Source of the DNA: Octopus vulgaris
Lineage: Eukaryota
DNA length: 64,000 bases
Direction of reading: 5' to 3'
Assembly (NCBI GenBank): GCA_951406725.2
Contig: OX597825.1
Span: 45,880,001 to 45,944,000 of the forward strand
The notes beneath the pieces were generated by a model. The model did no database searches, was not told the DNA's origin, and saw only the letters and a program-made list of their open reading frames with translations. How positions within the stretch are numbered: position 1 is the first letter of the stretch; every line of letters begins with the position of its first letter. The translations under genes and the position numbers were made by a program. Shown in pieces: positions 52,850 to 64,000 of this stretch.

Positions 52850-55200
52850 TATTGGCAACAAGGGCTGAATACAAAAACATATAGAGATAATACAAAATAA
52901 CAAAAAACAAAAATAAAAAACAAGGGGCAAGTGGGATTTCACCCACCTTTTAACAAACTTATTGCGGGGCAGTACTTCCCTCTCTACCCTCACTTTCCTT
53001 TTCAATTGGAACTTGAAAAAGTTGATGAGTGATCAGCTGAAGAGGAAAGTGTCTATCTTCTGTCCTTTCAGTCTTGTCCACCACACTACCTCTTTCACTA
53101 TAGCAACCAGGCAGAGGAAAACTGCCTTTCCCTTCCAGCCAAAAGAAGGTGGTGGGGCAATCTTCAGAATGGACTCTTCTTATAACCTAACTTGTCCTAC
53201 ATGTGACAACAGCTGTTCAACAAAGCTCCACAGGTCAGTAATGCATGGACACTGGATGACTGCATGCAGGATGATTTCATCGCTCTGTGCACACCTTGAG
53301 GCTTTTGGCATCATGTGGGAAGTCCCTCTGAATTTCTTTGTATACTTTGAGGGGTAACCGTATTAACATTAAATGTGTTTGTGAGTGCATTTGTGGATTT
53401 GGTTGGGGTGGTGGTGGTTGTGGTGGTTGTGGTTCTGGTGTTGTTGCTGTCTATGTTTGTTGTGCTGGGGGTTTCTGTGTTTTCGGGTGTTCGTGTAGGT
53501 TTGTTTTTGTTTTTTTTGTTTGTGTGATTTTTCGTTGTCTTCACTATGGGATGAGTAGCAGCTAGTGTCTGTATGGTCTGTCTCAGGAAGCATGAGTGCA
53601 TCTGTGATAATGTGAGCATGTTTGTGTGAGTGTATGCTTGAGAGAGGGGGAAAGGGGGGGAGCTGGTTTGACAGATACCCTGGATGGTTTTCTTCATTGT
53701 ATGGGGTTCACGTACCTCTGTTGTTGTTGTTGGGGATGAAGCTGCAGTTCTATTACAAGGTCTCTGTTGTTGGGGGTGCGCTGTAGGCTGCAAATGTGGC
53801 CATGCAATTCCCGAATTTTGAGGCTCTCAGGTGGCTTGTGGACCCACATTTGTTACATCTGGCCTTCCTGCCTTCTATGACAACACAGTTCTACACTGTT
53901 GGGGAGCTGGATCAGGTCTGGTATCTTCTTGATATTCTCTGGTTTCACATGGATTAATATCTCCAATTTGATCCTGCACCAGTCTGCTGCTCCATTTTAC
54001 CCCCAGGAGTGCTTCTGGATCCTGCACAGCACAGGCAATGATCCACTAGACGTTTACACCTGGTGGCACGCCATTTACCCTAATTCTTGTCATTCTCTTC
54101 GAGAGGTAGGTGGAATACAAGATCCACTCAGTTCACAGGGGTGACACTGTGTGCCTTTGCGTGAAGCCCTCACTTTTAAAGAGAATCTCAATGCTGACAG
54201 ACTGCCTCTTTCTCTGTATGTGAGCCACATTTATTAAAATTTTGCTGAGGGCCTTCTCGATGTCACTGATGGAAGCTATTTTGGATCTACTTTTCCGAGA
54301 TACACATTTAAAATGCACTGTCTTTCTTTCTTTTGCTTCTATCATTTCAGGAGGTACAAGCACTGATGTCCTACCACCAGTAACTTTGATGATGCCTTTT
54401 GCTTTTGAAAGTTCTCGAATTTTGTCCTCAAGAGGAAGTGTAAACATTTCCTTCTTTGTGTTTGCTACATCAGCAAACCCCTTGTTTTTGCTATTGTTTT
54501 TGTTGTTGCTGTCGTCGACGTTGCTGCTGTTACTGCTGCTGCTGTTGGTGATGATGGTGGTGGTGTTGTGACCACTTCCACTGTTGTCACCCTCCACACT
54601 GCCATCACTGCCTTCAGTTGCAATACTATTTTCTCTGCTAAAATCCATTGTGTCCTGAATTGTGTTGCTGTTACTACTACTACTTCTGCTGCCGCTGTCA
54701 CCACCACTGCTGCTGCTCTCACCGCTGTTGATCTTGCTGTCATCGCTGCTGCTGCTGTCGTCACTGCTGTTGATGCTATTGCTACTGTCACCAACACTGT
54801 TGTTGCCACCACCGCTGCTGCTGCCACTGTCATTGCCATCACTACTGTTGCCAATGCTTTTACTACTGGACTTTGAACTTTGGTGTCCTTTTTCTCTCCG
54901 GTGATGTTATCAGTAGCTGAGGGAAGAGGAGGGGAATCTTCAGTATTCAAAAAAAGTTTTTGTAGCGGGGCAGTTTTTTCTTAAATTTTCCAAGATGCAT
55001 TCTGCCATCTTGTTTATTTATATTGTATTAAAACGCCCACCAAATTTATTGGGCTGAACATAGCCCCACTAGGAGCTAAACAAACACAGGAACTCAGTGC
55101 CAGGTACCTAGTGTTTCTATTAACAAACTGGAGCAATGTTTAAAGGAAAAAAACTGTAACAAATGGTTGTAAACTAATGTTTTAAACAAGACTTACTTTG
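52846..55200 (-). mobile_element. L1/Tx1-like element with large internal deletion (ORF1 remnants + ORF2 C-terminus)
   Basis: AATAAA then (GTA)n tail. ORF2 finger RCAQSDEIILHAVIQCP near 53250-53300. ORF1 knuckle IEGRKARCNKCGSTSHL near 53830-53880. 5' limit approximate. Confidence 0.65.
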
Positions 55201-55951
55201 CGCCTTCAAAAATGCATCTGTTGTGTTCAGTAGTAACTAATAATAATAATAATAATAATGATAATAGAAGAAGAAGAAGAAGAAGAAGAAGAAGAAGAAT
55301 ATTCTAACTGGGCCCCACTTGCAAGGTCATGTGATATTTATCTTGATATGAGATCACCACGTTGCACACATATGGTTGTGATGCATGTGCCTGGTGTACC
55401 TTTATCAGACAAGTAGACATGATGGGTATATTGGACTTCATATGTTTGCACCACAGTGTCACTTTGATGGCATGCATTACTCTCACAATAATAATAATCA
55501 TCTTTTCTACTAAAAGTACAAGGCCTGAAATTTTTGGGGAAGGGACGAGTCAATTACATTGACCCCAGTATTTGGATGAAAGGCAAAATCAACCTTGGCA
55601 GAAATAATGATTTGTTGCATAGGTACAAGGCATTAAACTTGAAGGAAGTGATGTAAGTACAGATATCAACCTCAGTACTCAGCTGATTGTTTTAGCAACA
55701 CTGGAAAGATGAAAGGCACAAACATTTGAACTTGAATTTTGTTCACCACTCTAACTATTCTGCTTCTGTCAGTGCCAAAGGCAATACCTCACTCAGAAAA
55801 ATGAATCTAACCTACATAAATAAGTCTAACCTGAATGACGCAGCAAAAGCAATATCTATAATTCTTATAATTGAATAATAATTTACTATAAGATGTATTT
55901 TCTAAAACAATATACCATATTGTTGAAATCAAATTCTGAGAAAACATTTAT

Positions 55952-57058
55952 AGTTAGTTAGTTAGTTCCTCTTATTCCATATGGAACATTGGGCAGCAAG
56001 AAAAGATCTCCATCCCACAGGGGATGGAGATTCAGCATCCTCCCAACTTATCTCCTCTTCATACAGATCCTTCTGTACAGTCCTCTCCCATGTTATTAAT
56101 GGCTTTCAATCAAGGGAGAACTTTAGGTGTCTTGTTGATGGCATTCTAAAGACATATCCAAGAAACCTCAGACAATGATCTTTCACTGTGATGCTTAGTA
56201 GTTTCTACTTGATTCTCTCAAAAACTTCATTTGTTATTCTATTTTGCCAAGAGATGTTAAGAACTTTTGGAGGCACTTCTGGTGGGATACATCTAGCTTG
56301 TGAACAAATCCTGCTGTCATTTTCCACATTTCACCAGCATAGATGGCAACTGGGACAATCAAAAAATTGTACAAAGCTATCTTGCTTCTTAGAGTTATCT
56401 AATTAGATTGTCAGGTGTTTCCGGTTCTGCTCAGCACATCTTGTTCTGTGTCACCCCTGTTGGAAATGCTACTCTCCAAACCTCGCAACCTAATCTGCAC
56501 GTGTGTCATGTACTTGTATGTTAATAGGGTTTTCTTCCTTCACTGATATGAACTTTTATGAGCTGATTGTTAGCCAAACTTTAGCTGCGTTATTTGCCAA
56601 GTTGTCAGTCAACATCTGCAGTGACTGTTCTGATTTGCCGAGAAGCGCAATGTTATCTACAAAATCTAGGTCAGTCAAACAAGAAGTATTCCACCTGATT
56701 CCAAGATGTGAGTCATTTGTGACTTTTTGCAGCACAAAATCAATTGTGAGTAGGAACAGTAGAGGAAATAATATGCAACCTTAGCGCACTATGTCAAAGA
56801 ACGCTGTATAGCCACCACCAGTTCTGATGCAGCAAGCATGAGACCTTGTATAGGCTCTTGAGGATGCTGATAAACTTCTGAGGAATTCTATAGATCTCAG
56901 CTATTCTCCAAACAGTTTTCTTGTGTATACTATCAAAAGCCTTCTTGAAATCTATGAAGTTGATGTACAGTTTTTGTTGAATTCCATACTCTGTTCAATA
57001 ATTCCATACTCTGTTCAACACATAATCTTCTCTTCCTAAAACTAGCCTGCTCTTCACA
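55952..57058 (-). mobile_element. RTE-like LINE 3' portion (decayed RT) with (TAAC)n tail
   Basis: EEQASFRK, INFIDFKKAFDSI, GCILFPLLF, DLDFVDNIALL read on the minus strand. Confidence 0.75.
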
Positions 57059-57059
57059 G

Positions 57060-58110
57060 ATTTCAATGCTCAGATAGGAAGAGATAGGAAGGGTTTGGAG
57101 CAAACAGTTGGTCTAAATGGTATGGCAACTGATCATAGTAACAACAGAGTATGTTTCATCTCCTTCTGTAACATCAATGGACTTAGTATCAGGAACACAT
57201 TCTTCCAACATAAATTCATTCATAAGAAGACATGGTGGGCTCTAGCTGAGAGGGAGGAACTGTAACAAGATCAATTACATCTGTCTCATTAACAGATGGA
57301 AGTCTTCACTGTATGACATAAAAGCTAGGAGAGGGGCAGAATTTGGATCATACTACTACCTACTCATGGGCAAACTGCAACCGAAATTGAAAAGGCAGAA
57401 AAAAGGAGGGTATTATATGCCTAATCACTATAGAAAAAGTGAAGAAGAATGCTGAAATCTTGAAAGAAATCTATCTTGAGCTGAAAAATCATTTTGCAGT
57501 ATTAGAACATTCCACCAACATTGAGAAAATGGGACAGTCTCAAAAAGTGTGAATCAAGCTGCAGAAAAGATCATTGGCAAGTGCAGAGGATCTCTATGCA
57601 AGCAATGGATCAGCCAAGAAACCTGGCAGCTTATTGATGATAGAAAGTGTAGAACTAATGAGACCAAGCTAGAACAGAGCAGGACAAGACTAATCAAGAT
57701 AAGAGATACTCCAACCTGGACAAGGAAGTTAAGAAGCTATGCAAGAAAGACAAAGTAAATAGTTGAAATGAAAAAAAGAGGCACAAAATGCAGTAACCAG
57801 AAATGATGTAAAAATCCTCTACAGACTTGTAAAAAGCTGAGTGGTTTTAGTACCCCCAGCAAGTGCCAATAAAGGATAAATATGAGTTAGAAGAAGACTA
57901 GGATGCAAGATGAGTGGAACACTTCAAGGAGATACTAAACCAACCAGATCCACCATTGCTCTTTAATACACAGATCCAAAATACTGTGGATCTTCTGGAT
58001 ATAGAGACTGGTAAGATAATGGTATCAGAAATCCTTTGAGCCATTACACACCCAAGAATGGCAAGGCACTGGAACTAGAACATATTTCATCAAAACTACT
58101 GAAGAAAATA
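57060..58110 (+). mobile_element. Inverted 5' portion of an RTE-like LINE (endonuclease C-half and linker)
   Basis: IHKKTW, RWKSSLYDIKARRGA, WISQETWQLI..RK, EHFKEILN, KNGKA...KLLK on the plus strand. Confidence 0.7.
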
Positions 58111-58528
58111 TATCCATAGTAGAAAAACGGCTTTTAATATACACAACATTTAGTTTCAGTTATTTCACAAAAATTCTATGATAGTCTGTCTGTCTTTAAA
58201 ATTGAAATTGCAAAACTTCTATTCTATGAATATAGTCAGGCCATCACATATTACACAGTTAGCTTGACATCCCTTTGTATGACAAAAATGACAATATCTG
58301 TGTATAATAATAGCAGATAGTTGGTTGATTCTCCAACCAGAGAGGGAGAAAGTAAAAGAGAGCTACCTTGGTAGCATAAAAAGTACAGGATGAATGCACA
58401 CACTAGGCTTGGTGGTAGGCAATAAAGAGTCCTACACATAAACACACAAGCAGTAAGAGAAAAAAATCATAGAGACAGAGGAGGAAGTGCAGAAGGAGTA
58501 AATGAAAGAGCAGTTATGGAAGGAGACC

Positions 58529-59525
58529 ATCATCATCATCATTTAACGTGTTTTCCTTACTGGCATGGGTTGGATGGTTTGACTGAAAACTGGTAAGCTG
58601 GGGAGTTGCACCAGGTTCCAATCTGATTTGGCAAGGTTTCTATGGCTGGATGCCCTTCCTAACGCTAACCACTCCAAGAGTGTAGTGGGTACTTTTTACG
58701 TGCCAGTTATGAAGCATCGGCATCAGCCATGAGTATCATCTCACTTGGATTGACAGGTCTTCTCAAGCATGGTATATTGTCAAAGGTCTCAGTCAAAGCC
58801 ATTGTCTCTTTGAGGCCCAAAGTTTGAAGAGTGCTTTTTACATACCACTGGCACAAGTGCCAGGTATGCAACACTGGCATCAGCTATGACTATGATTTAC
58901 TTGGCTTGATAGGTCTTCTCAAGCATAACATATTGCCAAAGGTCCTGGTCACTTGTCATTGTCTCCATAAAGCCCAACTGTTGAAGATAATGCTTCATCA
59001 CCTCATCCCATATCTTCCTGGGTCTACCTCTTCCACAGGTTCCCTCCACAGTTAGAGATTGGCACTTCTTCACACAACTGTCTTTGTCTATACACATCAC
59101 ATGACAATACCAGTGCAGTCATCTTTCTTGCACACCATACCTGATGCCTCTAATGCCCAACTTTTATTTCAAGATGCTTACACTCTGTCACACATGCACA
59201 CTGACATTGCACATCCAGTGAAGCATACTAGCTTCATTTCTTTCAAGCCTTTGCATGTCCTCAGCAGTCACAGCCCATGTTTCACTGCCATGTAGCATGG
59301 CTGTTTGCACACAGGTATCATACAATCTGCCTTTCACTCTGAGGGAGAGGCCTTTTGTTACCAACAAAAGTAGGAGCTCTCTGAACTTTGCCCAGCCCAT
59401 TCTTATTCTAGCAGCTACACTCTCAGAGCATCCACCTCCACTACTGACTTGGTCACCTAGGTAATAGAAGCCATCAACTACTAGTTTTCCCCACTGGCAT
59501 TTGATGGAGTCTATTTTCTGTACAA
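58529..59525 (-). mobile_element. RTE LINE 3' fragment
   Basis: FYYLGD, GWAKFREL, MLHGSETW, GRGRPRKIW; (GAT)n tail. Confidence 0.85.
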
Positions 59526-60005
59526 ATATACAAGATATACAAATGAGAAATTTGTTTAAATTTATTTTACTTAAAGGTTATAATTATTTTAGTTTGAAAA
59601 TTAGTTTGCATTTCATAATTTTGTGTAAGCACCAAGAAATTTGATAAAGGTTAAATTATAATTATTGTATGTATGCCATATTTCCTGATATAACCCATGG
59701 TGACAAAAGTATTCTTCCAGAGTTACCTGATATGGCAAGTAACACTTATTTTAATATTTGACATAGCATTACTGAAGAACTATAACACTATGCAAAAATT
59801 AGCTGAAATGCTCATCAAATAAAGCATTTAAGAAATGAAGCTGTCATCGTATTTATAATTGATTAGAACTGGAGTTTAGAATGATACACAATCACTTCTT
59901 TAAAGATATAGACAAGTTACACAAAAGGATTATCAAAGACACTTTCCAAAAAATAATCACACTAGGTTTTGTAATCATTAGAATATTGTCACAATATATA
60001 TTATA

Positions 60006-61319
60006 CTAGGAGAGATACCCGGCGTTGCCTGGTTACATTCAATTGAAGAATTAGACTTTTCTGTTATATTTTCTGTAATGAACTGGAATATCTATGTTTC
60101 GAATTTCATCAAAATTGCAGATGAGGGTTATTTCCCTCTTTACACACCCTAAAAAAATTGTAATCGTGCCACATGTATCCCATACTACTGATTTTTATGT
60201 GCATATTCCAAAATTCCAGTCTTATTGAACCTGTTAAAAAGATTTTGCTACCGAAAAATGAAGGTCATGGAGCTCTAACATGTGAGAGTTAAGGCCCCTG
60301 TTGGGGGTGGGCATCTTAATGTCGAGAGAAGTTGAATTGTTGAGAATCTTTTTAACTTGGGTCTTATATCTATTGTTTGAATTTCTTTGAAATGGGAAAT
60401 ATATGTTCACTGGGTTTGTAAAAGAGAGCAAAGCTACAGGAAACCAAAATACAAATGATCATAATGAGCAGTCAGTTACCCTACCCTAGTTGGTACCACT
60501 CCCAATGTAGGATTCCTCACCATCCAGGTGACAGGCACAGCTGTAAGATTCATTATGAATCTATAGCAATTGGAAGGGTGTGACCCAACTGAAATCAGCA
60601 TTAACAACTGTGTGACGTGAGGGCTAAGGAGAAATTAAAGTGTCACCTCTGGAGTTTGCAAATGACCACTATGCTGATACGTAACTGGACAGAATAAATT
60701 TACAATCTATAAATGTCTTTGAATAACCAGTCAGTCATCTGGGAAGGCCTTGAAATCAACGTTACCATCTGGGAACTATGTGTGACCCAGTGATAATAAA
60801 AAGACTGAAAGGAGGTCTGCAATCAAATAACTTTACTCAACACTTTGCAACTGAATCAGTGGAGGCAAAGATGCCTCTCATTTTCTTGACAATTTATGCA
60901 CCACATTGCAGAAATCACAATGTAAATGTATGTCAAAGCAAACTGTTACACTGTTGTACCATTGAATTACAAATAATGCTCAACTTTTATGCTTGGGTAA
61001 CCCTACAGCTTCCAAGAACACAACTGTATTCGTTTTTGCTTAGATAAAATGACAAAATTGTGGGTGTTAAGTCTCCATGGAGGGGATCTTTCTAACTTGT
61101 AAGAAGATAAAATTTTATAAATATTACTTCATTTGTGTCTAATATCTATGGTTAAAATTTCATCAACAGCAAAAATATATGAATTGTCATGGGGGATATG
61201 ACCCTTATGCATAGAATATAATTTCCAAATTTCATAAAGATCCATTCAGTACTTTTGACTTAGTTTTGGATCATAAAAGAAATTACTAAAATTTGGGAGT
61301 TAAGGCTCCCATTAGGGCG

Positions 61320-61368
<49 letters not shown>

Positions 61369-61370
61369 GA
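60006..61370 (-). mobile_element. Older Helitron-derived element
   Basis: A|CTAG then hairpin CCCGGCGTTGCCTGG, like the 29835 family; the other end probably lies in the TA/TAGA run near 61370. Confidence 0.55.
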
Positions 61371-61728
61371 TATAGATATATATATACACACACACATACA
61401 AAGATAAATTGATAGATACAACTTAGTGGGCAAACAAAAATATGAGACACAGCCTAGTGCTTTTTTTATGTTGATAAGCCTGGTACTTATTCTATTTGTT
61501 CTTGTGAAATCAGTAAGTTATGTGGATGTAAATAAATGAACAGCAGTTGTGAAGCAGTGATGAGGGAGAAACACAAAACACACACATAGACTTACATATA
61601 TACATATATATATATTATTGATTTGTTTCAGTTCCTGTCTACGAAATCCATATATATTGTTGTTGGCATCCTTTTTGTCTCGGGAGACAATGGAGTTGCG
61701 CATAAAATAAACTAGTCAGGCTTTTACA

Positions 61729-62324
61729 TATGTTTGTTCCACATCAACTGAATGAGACTAATAAAAACAGACGCCTTGAAGTGTGCTCCTTATTGCTTTC
61801 TTGGCTGGAAAAAGACCATTTTTGCATCAAATCATTACTTGTAATGAGAAATAGATACTCTTTGACAACAGCACTACCCAAACCCACCACTGCATCCTTA
61901 AAAGTTAGTGGTCACTGTATGGTGATCTGCAAAGGGAATTATTCAATAGTCATTTTTGCAACAAGGAAATTGATTGTATGCATGAGAATTTGAAAAATAA
62001 GCAACCCAGACTAGTGAATAGAGATTGCCCAATTTTACTCCATGATAATGCACGTACTCACACTCCTCAAGCTATGGTCTAAAAGTTGCAAAGCCTGAAT
62101 TATGAGATTTTGCAACATCCTCCCTATTCCCCTGATATCTCTCCTACTGATCACCACTTATTTAAGTATTTTGAGCTTTTCATAAGCAACAAAACATTCT
62201 TAAGAGGTAAATGAAGCATTCGGACAGTTTATCACAATAAAAGATGAATTTTTTTAAAAGATGGAATATATGACATAGAGAAACATTGGGTAAATGTCAT
62301 AAATGAGCATGGATCATACTTTGA
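61729..62324 (+). mobile_element. Internal mariner fragment, same family as 47260-48435
   Basis: Matches ~47750-48354; HPPYSPDISPTDHHLF retained. Confidence 0.85.
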
Positions 62325-63064
62325 ATAGAGATTGACCAGGTAGAGGCTCTTTCGTTGGTTTGATTGTGTGATGAGATTTTTTTACACATATATGTATAAT
62401 ATGCATATATATCATTGGTAGAAGTTAGAGAGTAAGTCAAAGCATGAGAGTTTTGTGTATTGGCACATATCAAACATGAATTTGTCCATTGTCACTCTGT
62501 AACTTGTGATGAAATAACTTCTAAAATACAAAATTATGTCGAAAACATTAAGAGTAAACCATGTACCAGTATTGTACCAGTATTGGAAGTTTCAAAGTGT
62601 TTAGTTAAAAAAAATTAATTAAATAATCTGTCCGTCAAATTGAATAGATCCTAAATGGATAAAAAGCAAAGTCGACCGTGGCAGAATTTGAACTCAAAAC
62701 ATGAACAGAGGCAAAATACCACTTATCATTTCACCCGCCATGCTAACGTTTCTGCCAGCTCTCCACCTTAGAACATAAGCATTTATTTTAGCAATATATT
62801 CTTTAATAAATATTCTTATTGATAAGCTTTACTTCCCCCACATGACCACTGGCTATTCTCCTAACTTGTGTTTCTTCCTTTCTTCCTCGTCAAGGAAGAC
62901 GTATTGTTCTCTGTGTCTTGTCCAGGCTTGTTTATTCGTGTTCACCACCACAACCTCATTTAGGCTTAGCAGCTGTTCCTGTTTGTTTTCACTGTCTTGT
63001 TTTTGCCGCCATCTTGACCCTCTGCAAGATTGCAAATTTTATTTAATTTGCTTTGCACGAGCAA

Positions 63065-63140
63065 CTGTTTTATTGAAGGCGTATCTTGATGTGAATTACT
63101 TGAAATACAGATTAGAAAAACAGCCGACAACTGATGAAGG
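63065..63140 (+). ncRNA. Diverged relative of the permuted hammerhead motif, in a related repeat (~62830-63330)
   Basis: GTAT 63081-84 pairs ATAC 63105-08; C63085; TTGaTG 63086-91 pairs CGaCAA 63125-30; CTT-GAA 63099-63104; CTGATGA-AGG 63131-40. Confidence 0.6.
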
Positions 63141-63349
63141 GTCGTTCCTTGTGTTACTTGTCTTGTTTTCCATTTGTTTCTTTCATTGCTTGCTAAAAAA
63201 GCCCTTATTCCATGTCCTCGTACTTTGTATTATTTGTTGTGTATGTTTTGTAACATTCTGTGCCCACATATGCATATGTATACATGTATGTACGTATATG
63301 TATGTGTTTTTTTTTCTCTCTAGTTTCAGCTCAGAGCTGCAGCCATGCT

Positions 63350-63370
63350 GATGCATATATACATATATAT

Positions 63371-63443
<73 letters not shown>

Positions 63444-63810
63444 TACATTATTACATGATTGAATACCACGCATTCTTTTCCAAGTAAGTTTTATCTATAC
63501 ATACATACATATATACTTACATACATACATACACACATACATACATACATACAAATATATATGTGTGTGTGTACGTACGTGCCTATGTATATACAAGTAT
63601 ATGAGTGTGTGTATGTATATATATTTATAAGTATGTACCTGTATGCGTGCGTGTGACTGTGTAAATGCATGTGTGCCTGCATGTATGTGTGTGCATGTAT
63701 ATATATATGTGTGTGTATGTATATATATGTATATATATATGTATGTGTATTTGTATGTATGCATATAAGCACATGTATATGTATGTGTGTGTGCACGTAT
63801 GTATGTTATT
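63350..63810. repeat. Compound (TA)/(TG)/(TACA) microsatellite field, one of many in the window
   Basis: Directly visible low-complexity runs. Confidence 0.9.
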
Positions 63811-64000
63811 ATACCATCTTTCCTCCTCTCTGATTTCTACCTATCACACTAACCTACATAATTACATCTATTTATAGAAATTTGACATCCTTGTATTCTT
63901 CCTTTCCCTTTAAATTTTACTGCTAAAACTACTACTCACTTTGGTATCACCCCACCCATACCTTTTCTCTATCCATCCCTTGATGCAGCTCTATAATATC

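Noticed and set aside
54465-54950. Ala/Val/Thr-rich ORFs as a mucin or antifreeze-like protein
   Set aside because: Alternative frames of the low-complexity tract in the Tx1-like ORF1.

Overview
AT-rich, microsatellite-dense eukaryotic DNA made almost entirely of transposable elements and their debris. The repeat repertoire suggests a cephalopod (Octopus-like) genome, which is an inference. I found no convincing host gene, and most short ORFs in the track are translations of (TA)n/(CA)n/(ATT)n/(GA)n runs. Contents: a 9-kb array of five non-autonomous Helitron units and a separate Helitron dimer; many RTE-clade LINE fragments, one with a twin-priming-type 5' inversion; a CR1-like LINE with nested insertions; a compact Ty3/Gypsy LTR element with a -1 frameshift pseudoknot, whose 3' LTR is broken by a foldback-associated inversion; a near-full-length R4/Dong-like element in (TAA)n; a decayed Penelope-like element; an internally deleted Tx1-like element; mariners, a MITE and SINEs. 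The standout is a hammerhead-ribozyme-like motif present three times (529-604, 1313-1388 and a diverged relative at 63065-63140). All core nucleotides and stems are present, but the three strands are in a non-circularly permuted order, and compensatory changes link the copies. Two copies sit in a 784-nt-period tandem repeat resembling a Penelope pseudo-LTR or retrozyme. All structures were read by eye; none were folded or searched computationally.
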